A stretch of 64,000 bases of DNA from Phaeosaccion multiseriatum (lineage: Eukaryota; Protista; Ochrophyta, other classes): assembly GCA_965112735.1 (NCBI GenBank), contig OZ218955.1:806001-870000 (forward strand). The letters are read 5' to 3'. The translations under genes were made by a program, and so were the position numbers. Shown piece after piece: positions 51,671 to 63,900 of the stretch. Each line of letters starts with the position of its first letter. Positions within the stretch are counted from its first letter, which is position 1. The notes beneath the pieces are model-generated. The model did no database searches. It was given only the letters and a program-made list of their open reading frames with translations, and had not been told where the DNA came from.

Positions 51671-52900
51671 ATGGAGCAGGAGATCTACCCCGAGGTAAGG
51701 ACTCCAGCCGGGGCGGTGTTTAAGAAACAAGGAAAGAAAAAAACTCGAAACCTCCTCTTTTGCTGAGGTCTCTTTATCATCCCACCCCCCTTCCTTTCCC
51801 TTGACCAGGGACGGCGGATCCATGAGGCCCTCACGGGAAGGGAAAGCTTCTCAGCTGTTAAAGCGCTGGTTATGGAGCTCATTGCCAAGCACGGGAAAGG
51901 GAGCTTGGAGCATCATATGGTCTGGGCTGCGGTGTACGGCCGGCTAGATGTCGTGGACCTCCTGTTGCAGGCAGGGGCCTCCTGCAGCAGGAAAGGGCTA
52001 TCGCCAGGGGATACGCCACTCATAGGAGCTTCCGCTAATGGTCATGACAAGGTGGTGAGGCGGCTCTTGGATGTTGGAGCCGCTGTGGACGAGGCCAATC
52101 TCGACGGGACGACTCCTCTGAGTGTGGCTTCAGAGAGGGGGCACTCAACAATAGTGCAGCTACTGCTCTCCGCGCAAGCGAGTATCACCGAAGCCAATCT
52201 GAAGGGGCAGACCCCCCTTATGTTCGCCTCTCAAAATGGGCACACCTACATTGTAGAGCAGATCATATCAGCCCAGGCGGATGTGAACAAAGCAGATATT
52301 CTCGGACAGACCCCGCTCGGACAGGCGTGCATGTACGGGCATGACGAAGTGGTACACCAGCTTATCAGAGCCCACGCCAAGATCGAGAGGGCTGACAACT
52401 GTGGTGCGACTCCTCTGCATATGGCCGCCCAAGGCGGTCACGACGCTGTGGTGAAGCGGCTCCTCTCCGCGGGAGCACGGGTGGACACAGCGGCCAACGG
52501 AGGCGCAACGCCTCTCCACCTTGCTGCGCAGAATGGGCACGAGGCAGTCGTCACTCGTCTCATCTCTGCCGGATCTCCGCTTGATGCCCAGAGGACAGAC
52601 GGCACAACACCTCTACTTATCGCCATCTATGCGAACCGGCAAGGTACTGCGCGGCAGCTCCTTTCGGCCGGTGCTTCGGCGGACAAGGCCTTGGCTGGGG
52701 CAGGGCGGAATCGGATGGGCCCCATTGTTCAGCAGCGAGTCAGAGCAGCGGCAGCAGCCTTCTTCCGATCCCAAAGCGCACTGGACCTGATGCGAAGGAC
52801 CGATCCGACGTTCGATAGGGAGAGGGGGATTCCGCCGCTGGAGAGGCCCTGGAGTGTCGGGAGCGAGACGTGGGAGAACATGGCGGAGGAAATGAGCTGA
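51671..52900 (+). CDS. Ankyrin-repeat protein, paralog C (8 repeats); join(51671..51694,51809..52900)
   Basis: Exon 1 MEQEIYPE|GTAAG; in-frame acceptor at 51808; eight ankyrin repeats; same tail. Confidence 0.9.
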
Positions 52901-53550
52901 AAGCAAAGAGGGCGAGGGGAGGGGGGAGGAGGAGCGGCAAACACTGAGACGATGCTTGGTGGGGCGACGAGCGAAGGAGCTTCGATGAGTAGGCTTCTCC
53001 CTCTCTCACAATGATGCCGCATCATGCTGGGTCAGGGAGGTAGGGAGGTCACACGAGTCTAAAGACGCACCACATATGTAGGAAACAGTAGGAAAGTAGG
53101 TAGCTAGAGAAGGGTTTTTGCACACGTCGCAGATGGAAGAAAAGCGCTCTGCTTTTCATTTTTTACAATAAAATAGGCCCCTCGTGCCCCGAGTCATGGA
53201 GCGGTGCAGTCAACATGGGGGACAGCGACACTTTGGAGTGGGCTCGCACTGCCTCTGTGCGGCCGCGTGTCACCGAGTCACGCCGATCCTTTGCGCCAGC
53301 TGGCGATGAAGGTATCCCCTCCCCACCTCCCCCGGGGAAGCCTTCGCTGCCCGTCATAAAGGAACCGAAGGACCAACACGCGAAGTCTTGCGTGATGGAC
53401 ATGCAGGCTATTACTTACATGCCGCGGGGTCATACTCGGCGGAGATGTTTACACACAAACGAAGTAGTACTTGATTCATTATTAGAAAGGAGGGAAGAGC
53501 CCTCCAAGAAACCAAAAACCACACACCCCCTCTAACCCCCTAGCAACTCT

Positions 53551-53923
53551 CTACCCCGGACTTTGCTTCCACTCCTGGGGCACCACCATCGTGCCTCCCC
53601 CCCGGGGATCCCCATCTCCATCTTCAGTTGACGACGACGACGAAGAGGACACATCGTAAGCCGGGATGGCGAGTTCCGCCCCATGCGAGGTGATGACATC
53701 GTATGCCATCTTGAGCCCCTTCTCTCTGCCCGCCTTGAACACGGCGCCGCTGTTGGTGGCCAAGTGAAGCTCGACTTCAATGTCGAGGGAGGAGGGCCCG
53801 TACTCCTTCAAATGGACGTAAAAGTTCTTCCTTAGGTCTACTTTGGGCACCTTCTTGAGCTGTGACGGGGGATGGATGGCCGTGGATGGGAGAGAGCAGT
53901 GGCAGTAGCAACAACAACAACAA

Positions 53924-53957
<34 letters not shown>

Positions 53958-56900
53958 TGATGAAACAGCAGCAGTGTCGCGGAACTCAAATCAATGTAAG
54001 CTTGACTGCCCCATACTCTCCCACCGAGGTGTTGTCTAGCCCACAATCTGCTCGCTACTACTCACTAGTCACTACCCACTCACCACACCCAAATCCACAC
54101 ACACCATACATCCCCTTCCTCCTCCTCCTCCTCTTCCTCCTCCTCCTCCTCCTCCTCCTCCTCCCCTCCCTACCTCCTCCCGCAGGTCTCTGATGACGTC
54201 ATGTAGCACGGGCGCGTCCTGACACCGCAGCTGCAGGGTTGTGGCCCACATGCGATGCGTCCTTCTACTGAGGTTGGAGATGACCTTGCCTACAAAGAAG
54301 GAGTTGGGTACTCGAAGGTACTCGTCACTGTAAGACCGAACCTCCGTACGCATCCACCCGATTTGCACCACTGAGAGGAGGCGAGGCAATAAGGTGTGGG
54401 TGTGGGTGAGGGGCAAGGTGAGAGGGGAGCAGAGACGAAGATTGCGAGAGAGAAATAAAGCAGAGAAGTGGAAATCAAATGCGGACAGTAGTGAAGGGGC
54501 GAAGTGAAGTGAAGTGAAGCGGAGAAACGAAGTGCAGCAGGGACGCGAAGCAGTGGAGCAAAGCAGCGAAGCGGCGAGCAAAGGAGCTGTGAGTGATTGA
54601 CACATACGCCCACACACACATGCGCACACACGCACGCACGCACGCACGCACCTTCCGCCTTGCCGAACTCCTCAGTGCTGATTTTGTCCCCCGGGAAGAA
54701 CGGGTTGGTGGACAGGATTATCACGCCTCCGAGGAAGTTCTGACGCGATGGCAGTGGATGGGAGGGAGGAGGGAGGGAGGGAGGGAGGGAGGGAGGGAGA
54801 GGCGGAGGGGCGGAGAGAAAGAGGGGGGGAGGGCTGGTCAGACTGACTGCCTGTTGAGCGAGCGAGACTGCAGTATCCGTCAGACTGCCTCTGCCTGCTG
54901 ATTGATGCCTCCCCCCTGCCTGCTGTGCTCACTTCTCCATCACCGCCTGCCTCACCGCCTGCCTCACCGAGATAATCTCTTTGAGCGAGAAACCCAATGC
55001 CAGCGTGCTGACACCCGCGATGCTCAACAGAGACCCAAGCGCCACTCCCATCTGCAGAGACAGGAGCTCCAGAGTGACGGTGGTCAGCGCTACCCAAATG
55101 AGCATGCTGCTGCCTCGCCTCAAGATGAAGCTCTGCGGGGTGATGGATGGATGGATGGATGGATGGATGGATGGATGGCAGCAGAGGGACATATGGATGG
55201 CAGCAGAGTGAGGGATAGATGGCAGCAAAGTGAGTGATAGATGGATGACAGCAGAGTGAGGGATAGATGGATGGCAGCAGAGTGAGGGATAGATGGATGG
55301 CAGCAGAGTGAGTGATAGATGGATGGCAGCAGAGGGAGGGGTAGATGGATGGCAGCAGAGTGAGTGATGGATGGATGGCAGCAGAGTGAGTGATAGATGG
55401 ATGCCAGCAGAGTGAGGGATAGATGGATGGCAGCAGAGTGAGGGATAGATGGATGGCAGCACAGTGAGTGATAGATGGATGGCAGCAGAGTGAGGGACAG
55501 ATGGATGGCAGCAGAGTGAGGGATATATGGGTGCGTGGTATCAGAGACATGGAGGATGGAGATAGAGGACGTGATGGTGGTTGGGGTGATGGGCGGTAAG
55601 AGCAGGACCAGTAGAGGGTTGGTAAGTGGTGAGTCAACAAAGCTCGACTGACTGTACAGCCCCAGGGAGGGATAGAGGCCAAGCTCGGGCCTCTGAGCGA
55701 GTCGCCCCTTCTACTTGGAGCCGATGCTGCAGTTGGCGATACAACAGCACAAATCTGTGACCCCAAGAACCAACAGACCTACCTGGTGCGTGTTCTCGGC
55801 GACGGAGGGGAAGAACACGGGCAAATAGTAATTCAATAAAGTGTTTCCGAATTTGCCTGCCTGTGATGGAGGGTCATCGGTACAGTAGGAGGGAGGAGGT
55901 AAGGAGGAGGAGGGGGGGGAGGGAGGATGGCATGAGAAGAGGAAGGAGCGTCCCATTCATTCACACACAAGCCAAGCCAGGAGAGCACCCTCTTCGGACT
56001 GTGTGATGGAGACACACACGCAGAGGGAGAGGGAGAAAGAGAGGGAAAGAGAGAGAGGGAGGGACAGAGCACGAGAGAGAGAATGTGTGTGGTGCTACTG
56101 GTTGCGTTGTGCGTATTGTTCGGCTGAACTGGGCCCCTTCCCTTGTGCGGGGGGGAGAAGGGTGGTCGAAAGCAAGGGGCCTTTGTCTGGACTGCCGCCG
56201 CCGTGTGATTGGCCCCTGACAAGCAAGGTTCTGAGGCGACCCAGGTTCCAGGTTCTGACCGGCGCCAGCCGGCCAGGTTCCAGGTTCTGGGGGAAAGCCA
56301 TGTAATAAGGCAATGATGAGGGCCAGCCAAGGCTGCTCTGCCAAGCCTCGCCAGCGGGCCAGGTTCCAGGTTCTGGCCTGGGTCGCTTTAAGAACATTGT
56401 CAGGGGGTGAGTGTGAAGGCGGTGACGCCGCACACACTTGCCTGTACCATGTAAACCACCGTAGCCAGAGCGAAGGGAAGGCCGTCTGGGCTCCTCATGC
56501 CAAGGTCCCTCCATATGATGTACACGCAATCGAACAGGTACAAGAAGGCGAAGGACAGGCCCAGGAACCTTTGGTTTGGGACAAAAGAGAGGAGTACGAG
56601 AGAGAGAGAGAGAGAGAGAGAGCGAGTCAGAAGCAAAGGCAGAGGAGGAGGGAAGGAGAAGAACAGGGGCAGGGGCAGCGTCAGCGAGGGGCAATTGAGT
56701 TCGCAAGAGAAATCGGATGCTCTCGCATCTCACTCATGCACCTGCAGGGCTCGTCGAGGTGGTGAAGGAGCGATTGCTCGAAGGGCTTGGGGTAGCGTTT
56801 CTCTCCCAGCAGAGCGCGTTTGAGGCGCCAAAGTCCATGCAGGACCTTGGGGATGAGAAGGCTGTACAGGCCTATCACTGTTCGGGAAAAGGTTCAGCGG

Positions 56901-57549
56901 CAGGGGTGAAGGGATCAGTATTAGGGGTGAAGGGAGTGGAAGGGGTTAGGGTAAAGGTTAGCAGGTGTTGGGGGTTGAGTGAGTTTGGGAAAGGGGTTGG
57001 CGACCTCACCCAACATGTCCGCGGGGAAGATGAGCCGGTTGAGACTCTCGAGGATGAGCCGGCGGGTATCTGATTGATTTATTGATTGATGGAAGAGAAG
57101 AGCAGAGAAGGGAAGAGCAGGAAGAATAAGAAAAGAAATATAACAGGGCCCTGATCCCCTCTCCCCCATCCATACACACCCGTACCCACACCTGATGTTC
57201 TGACGTGTGCGAGGAGGGCCACGAGCTTCTTTGTCCACCCTACGACGTTAACGTTGCTAAAGTCTGTCCTGTCAACAAGTGGTGACGAAGCCGCCAAGGG
57301 AGAGGCACCACGAGAAGGAAAAGGAGCACTTCGTCTCGACTTGGGTGCATGCACCCTTGCTAACGGTACGGTGCCGGGGGGGGAGGAGACCCTACATGGT
57401 TGCAACGCGATCCGCCGAGTGATTGACTTGAAGCCAGTTGGAGCAAACGCCAGAGCCGCTGTCTCCGCGGATGCTCGAAGGAGGACAAGGATGAGGAGAC
57501 TCAGCCAAATACTCCAGGAGTAGTATCGGTGGACGCTCGGAGCTTCCAT
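53551..57549 (-). CDS. MscS-family mechanosensitive channel, probably plastid-targeted, multi-exon
   Basis: Pore helix [24 protein letters not shown]|[20 protein letters not shown]; beta domain [30 protein letters not shown]; [17 protein letters not shown]; leader ...[20 protein letters not shown]. Confidence 0.9.
55140..55530. repeat. Intronic ~26-bp minisatellite
   Basis: Repeated gatagatggatggcagcagagtgagg/t. Confidence 0.9.
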
Positions 57550-57929
57550 CCCCTTGGCCCACCCCCGCCCCCCTGTTTCAAAAGAGCGCCTATACATGCT
57601 TTGTTTTGGCAAGCAGGCCTGTTGTAATCCGCAGAGTCACAGCTATTCAAATATCAAAATATCGTTGCTCGGCGCTCTCGACTACTCCTCCCTACGGACT
57701 AGTCTAAGTCTCTCCTCAACCTTAACCTTAACCTTATACTACTTGTGCCTCGGAGGGAGAGGAAGGAAGAGGGCGGTGATAGGGGAAGAAGGGGTGGGGA
57801 TAAAGGCGTATCGAGGTTGAGCGGTCGAGGAAGTGGGGTTGGCCGTGGACGGTGTGGAGGGAGAGGGTGGTACCCTTACTCCCTTCTCCTAACGGTGCGA
57901 CTGGGCTGCGCACCCCCGCAGCTCACTGA

Positions 57930-60900
57930 ATGAGGAGGACAAGAGCAAGAGTGGGGGGGGGAAGCGGGCGACGAGACCCTGTACCTCCAGCAGCACCAGG
58001 AGGAGGACGCGTAGCGGGCACCATCTCCTCGCACCAGCAGCAAAGAAGAATTTCCCTGTACGTGCTCTTCCTCGTCCCTGCCTTTTGCAATGCAGCAGAG
58101 ATGGGCGCATGGAAGAGCCCCTTGACCGCTCCCCACCCGGAGCAGCAAACTGCCTTTGTGGGTGGGCTGGCTAGACCCTCCCTGCAGCAGCAGCAGCAGC
58201 AGCACCGACAGGGCCATGCATCTCACGGAGGGAGAGTGAGGGTGTGTAGAGGACGTCACGGTGGTTTAAATCGGCAAGACGGTGTCAAACCTGGGAGCAG
58301 AAGTGTGGGGGACGGAGCACGGTTTCTATTTCGCGGGGGTGGGGGTAGACAAAACGAAGCATCCAGGGCAGTGGCAGTAGCGGGGGAAGCAGCGGCGAGG
58401 GATTGTCTCTTGGGAGGAGGGCGGCAAGGAGGAGGAGGGGTGGGAGGAAGAAGAAGAGGAGGAGGAAGAAGCAATGCAGGACAAACAAGGGGAGGAGTAC
58501 GGCTCTTATCCGACTACAGAGGGTACGGCGGGCAGCCTACGCTGGGCCTGTCGAAGGTCAAGGGACCCTCCTGGATGGAAAAGCCGTGGGAAACTTTGAG
58601 CGCCAAGGTCGCGCTCCTCTTCTCCCTCTCGTGGTCGCTGCTCAAGGACTCGCTGCTCGCCGTTAGCAAGTCTTCTCTGCTTCTGAGCATCGTCCCTTTA
58701 AGTGTACTGCAGGTGGGTTGATGGGTGGATGGAGGGGTGGATGAGGGGTGGGTGGCTGGGTGGGTGGCTGGGTGGGTGGATACAAGGCGAAGGGCAGTGT
58801 GAGGAGGGGCTCAGGGGGGAGTGAAACGTCTTGTCCTCGCTTGGCGTGCGCAACAGAAGGGGAATGAGAGAGTGCCGCGCCTGTTGACCTCACACGCATC
58901 TACCTTCTCTAACACGCTGCTGCTCACCTATCTGCCTATCTGTCTGCCTGCCGGCCTGTCTCTCTGCCTGCCTGCCTGCCTGCCTACCTGGGGCAACGCA
59001 GTCCCTCGCCCGGCTGGACTCGCTGGTGTCTGTGCCGGTGTTGCTGGCTTCTCCCGTCATCCTTCAGTGCTGGGCCCGTCTGGAGAGAAATGTGCACAGC
59101 ACCAAAGGTCAGATAGAGAGCACAGGGAGGAGACGAGCGGAAGAAAGGAAGAAAGACAGAATCATCGCTTCCTTAGAGGGAGCTTCACAGGGCTTTACTA
59201 ATGCGGTGGCTACTCCTGCCCTCTACCCTTCTACAACCCGACCCAACCACCCCTCCTCAACCCCTCCCCTTCCCCCTCTACATTGCCGGTGCCCCATCGC
59301 TGTTCCTTCAGAGGTGCAAAGTACCATGTGGACGTACCTCATTCCGGCCATGGGTGCCGCTGCTGCCTACCTGTGCTCCTTTGGTGCCGACCCTTCCTGG
59401 ACGCTGCTGTACCAGGTTAGTTAGTTACGGCCCCCCCCCTCCCTCCCCCCCTCCCTCCCTCCCTCCCTCCTTCTCTTCCTCCCTCCCTTCCCCCCCCCTA
59501 AACTAAACCTGAAACTAGAACTGCCGTCTACGGCCTTCCACTGCCTTCCAGTGGCTTTCTTCGTCCTCCCCTCATGTTTACGTCTACGGCCCTACACGGC
59601 CTTCCACTGCCTTCCAGTGGCTTTCTTCGTCCTCCCCTCATGTTTACGTCTACGGCCCTACACGGCCTTCCACTGCCTTCCACTGGCTTCCTTCCTCCTT
59701 CCCTCCTGCTTTGCATAATAGGTGGCCTGGCGCTACGCCGCGTTTCGCTCTCTGCACACGTGGTACGACTTGGGGCAACACATGACCATGAACATGAAGG
59801 AGGTAAGCAGGACTATGGTGCTTTGTGGTGCCTGTAATAGGGTAGCCCGATACACCTCTGTCGCTCTCTCTCTTTCCTTCTCCTCCTTTCCTCTCTGTCT
59901 CACTCACTCCCTATCCCGCTATCCCCCTGTCTCTCTGTCTCTCTCTTCCTCCCTCCGTTTCTTCTGTCCGTCCTTCCTTCCTCTCCCTCTCCCTCTCTCC
60001 AGGGTTGGTTGTTTCCAGCTGCGCATCGGTGGCGCAAGTTCGCATCAGCTTTTCTGCTTTGGGGCATCGCTCTGCGAGGAGTGGTGAGTGAGTGCCCACC
60101 GCGCAAGTCACCTAGACTCAGACCGGCTCCCACCCCCCCCCCCTCCCTCCCTCCCTCCCTCCATCTCCCTCTACCCCTCCCTACCTCTTACCCACCTCTC
60201 TCCCCTCCCTTCCTTCTCCGCCCCCCCTCCCCTTCTTCAGCTGTTCCTGAGCGGCACGGGTCTCCCCTCCCTCATGCCCTACCTTCACAGCTCTCTCTAC
60301 TCCGTGGCCCCCACCCGCTTCGTGGAAGCTGCCGCCGCAGCCGAACCATCACTCAAACTTGCCCGTGCAGCAGCGGCAGCAACAGCAGCCAAAGCAGCAG
60401 CAGCAGCTGCAGCAAGTGGTGACACGCTAGTCACAGCTGCCGCCGACTTTGCGAATGCAGGGAGTACTCACTGGGCCTTGCGCGCCTCCGCCGTAGACAC
60501 TGCAGTGGGTCCGACGGGATTGGCAGGCACCCACTTAGTCAGCGCATTGGTCATTGCATTGGGTAACGCAGTGAGCTCCACATGGGGCTCCTTGGGTACC
60601 GGATTGGGTAGCGCAGTAGGCGCCTTGGGACACCCATTGGCTGCCATCGGAGGCCTGAACGCGGATGTGCGTGCGCTCGTGGGCACTCGTCTTGCCTCCT
60701 CCTACATCTTCGCAAGAGACAAGACGCTTGCCGAGGCGATGGGGTTCATGACGTGGGGCCTTCTCGGGCTGTATTGGTTCTTTTGGTATCTGCCGCTTCG
60801 TACCAAGTCCAACATCTATGAGGTGCGTAGTGTTTTATGTAGTTGGTGGTACAGGAGCGATGAAAGGTTTATGTGTGTCTAGAGCAGTTGGTGATACAGC

Positions 60901-63900
60901 GTCTATACAGCGTCTATCTACGAAGTGTGTGTGTGTAGAACAGTTGGTGGTACTGCCAGCCATGTCTGTAGCTCACTCTGTGTCTTTCTCCTCCCCCCCC
61001 CCCCCTCCATGTCACCGACAGCCGCTGGACATGCGTGCCCTTTACTTTGTCAACTCTGTACAGGACCTCTCTAACGATGTCTTAGTGACCCCTCCCGACC
61101 TCCTCAAGAGGCAATACGATCTCAACAAACAGTTTGAGGACCAGGTGGGTGTGAGAGGGAGAGATGGAGGGAGGGAGGGAGGGAGGGAGGGAGGGAGAGA
61201 GGTGGAGAGGGGGTGAGAGAGGGGAAAGGTTGGAATGGAGGGGGACATGGAAAGATGTGGAGAGTGGGGGGGAAGCAGGGGTGGAGGAGTGTCTGAGAGA
61301 GAGAGAGTATGTGAGAAATAGAGAGGGAAGGAGAGGGAGAGGTGCAGTTGGGTTCGAGTCTCCTCACACGGCGGTGCACGCCCACACGTTCGCTCATTTG
61401 GCGGCGTATGCAGAACACATCCGCACATGCACACACTGCACACACACACACACACACACACATGCTCTCTCTCTTACCTAGTGCGAACCGTCTGGAGATC
61501 GGGCATACATGGCCAACCTTGCTCAGACCATAAGGGAGTCCACAACAGGGCTGCAGCTGCCAAAGAGTCTGGAGTGGTATGGGCCGGTGAGTGAAGGGGG
61601 ACAAGGGTTGCTGATGGCCAGAAGGGAGAGCTCAGAGAGGGAGGGAGGGAGGGAGGCAGGCAGGCAGGCAGGGAGGCAGGGAGGAAGGGAATGGGGCAGG
61701 GATGGAGGGAGGGAGGGACGGAGGCAGGCAGGGAGGGATGGGAGGGAGAGGAGGGAGGTGAAACGAAACGGACGGAGGCAGGTGCAAAGAGGGCATTGAG
61801 CTTGCGGAGTACACATCTCATGTCCCTCCCTCTCTTCTCTCCCTCCCTCCCTCCCTCCCTCCCTCCCTCCCTCCCTCCCTCTCTCTCTCACTCTTCCAAT
61901 GCTCTCCCTCCGGCCCCCCTTAGCTCTCGCCAATCCGTCACCGCTTCGGATGGCTGTGGGGGGACAAGAAGAAGCCTCTCAGCTTGCAAGACGTTTATGT
62001 AGGGGATATATTCAACCATGTAAGTGTTGATTGAGTGAGTGGGAGAGTGAGTGCGTGAGTGGGTGAGTGAGTGGGTGAGTGAGTGGGTGGGTGGGCCTTA
62101 GTGAGTGACTGAGTGAGTGACTTAAGTGACTGACTGAGACGCACCCCGCTTGACAGTGGAGCCCTCCCCTCCTTCGCTTCCTTGCACATGCCTGAAATGT
62201 GTACCACAGGCCAAAACCATTCGCGCCATGGGGGAAGACCCCGGCATGAATAAGGAGGAGTTCCTGATGAAGCTCAAGAAAGAGACGCGCACAGGCCACG
62301 ATGGAAAGATCAGGGACAGGATGATACGGGTGGGTTGTTGTTTTTTTCTTATTGTTGTTGTTGTTGTTGTTGTTGTTGTTTTCGTTTTTGTTTTTGTGTC
62401 CCTCACCTCGGCCCTTTATCAATACACAATTGTGTGTAACCGTATCCTCCTCCCCTCCCCTCCCTTACCCCTGTTCCTCCCCTCCCCACCCCCTCTCCCT
62501 CTCTCCTTTCCCCTCCAATGCAAACAATGAAAGGTTGAGCACGACCTCGCTCTGTCCATGGGGCGGTCTCTAAAGTTCATGGGAACTGACCAAGAGATGA
62601 GTGCTTTAGGCAGGGCAGCTCCGAGGCTCGGCAGCAGGCTGCACATCGGGGGAGTGGGGGATGGCGACGGGACACTGGAGGAGGGAGAGGGAGCTGCCAA
62701 GCTCGACATGGCGGTACGTGTGTGTGGGCGATGGATTGATGGCAGTTGGTGGGTGGGTGGATGGATGGATGGATGGATGGATGGGTAGGTAGATGGATGG
62801 ATGGATGGATGGGTGGGTGGGTGGGTGCGTGCGTGGGTGGATGAATGGATGGGTGGATGGATGGATGGCAATGGATGGATGGCAATGGATGGATGGTGAG
62901 AGGCGATGGGATGAGTCGTCAAGTCAAGTCAAGTCAAGTAAAAGTGCCATTAGGTGCGTCCAACCCTTCATCCCACCTCCTTCCCTTCCTCCCTCCCTCC
63001 GTTCCTGCCGGATTGTCCGTCTGCGGATATCACTCTTCCTTCCTTCTTCACACCCCCTATAGAACATTCCCCCGGAGGTACTGCAAGAGGTGTACATGGA
63101 CATGGTGGAGAGAGACGAATCGAAGCGGAGAATGATGAAGGAGAGCGGGCTCGATCCGGACAGGGACGAGCGGAGGAAGAACACCCTCCTGCGAAGCATG
63201 CGAACGTACGACCCCAAGTACCACGAGACGTGGGTGAAACTCTGCAGCGGCCTTCCCAGCCTCGCGGTGAGTGAGCTTGGGTGTCGGGATGAGTGAGCTT
63301 GGGTGTCGGGATGAGTGAGTCTAGGGGTCGGGATGAGTGAGTTTGGTTGGGTGTCGAGACAAGTGAGCTTACTTGGGTGTCGCGAGGAGTCAGTCTGGGT
63401 ATCAAGATGAGTGAGCTTGCTTGGTATCGGGGTAAGAGAGTTTGGTTGGGTGTCGAGATGAGTGAGTTGGGTGTCGAGATGAGTGAGTTTGGCGGTCAGG
63501 ATGAGTGAGAGCTTGCTTGGGCTTACGCTCGAAACTGAAACTTTTGTGTTTGCCCCTCTACCTCCGGACTGTCCGGCTGGGCGGGCAGGAGGTGCAAGCG
63601 CGTGATAATCGCCGAAAGAGAGCGTCCCAGCTTCGAGCCATAGCGCGCAAGAAGGAGAGGATGCAGCGGCAGGAGGAGGAGGAGGAGGAGGGAGGGACGG
63701 TGGGGGGCGAGGAGGACGACAACGACGAGGAGGAGAAGGAGGAAGAGGAGGCGACGGGGGCGAAAGACCGGCAGCTACTGAGGGGAAGGGGTCACGTGAA
63801 AGGCTCGATCGACGTGGCTTCAGATGACGCTGTTGATGTGAGCGGCGACGGCAGCAGCAGTGGGGGTGGCTCTGACACTGTAGCTAAGGAAAGAGAAGAT

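Noticed and set aside
55140-55530. Regularly spaced repeats resembling a CRISPR array (also 25783-25930, 59525-59700, 63270-63510)
   Set aside because: There are no unique spacers and no cas genes, and all lie inside spliceosomal introns, so they are minisatellites.
57718-57737. (CCTTAA)3 as an interstitial telomere
   Set aside because: It is only three units, does not match TTAGGG or TTTAGGG, and lies in a promoter region.
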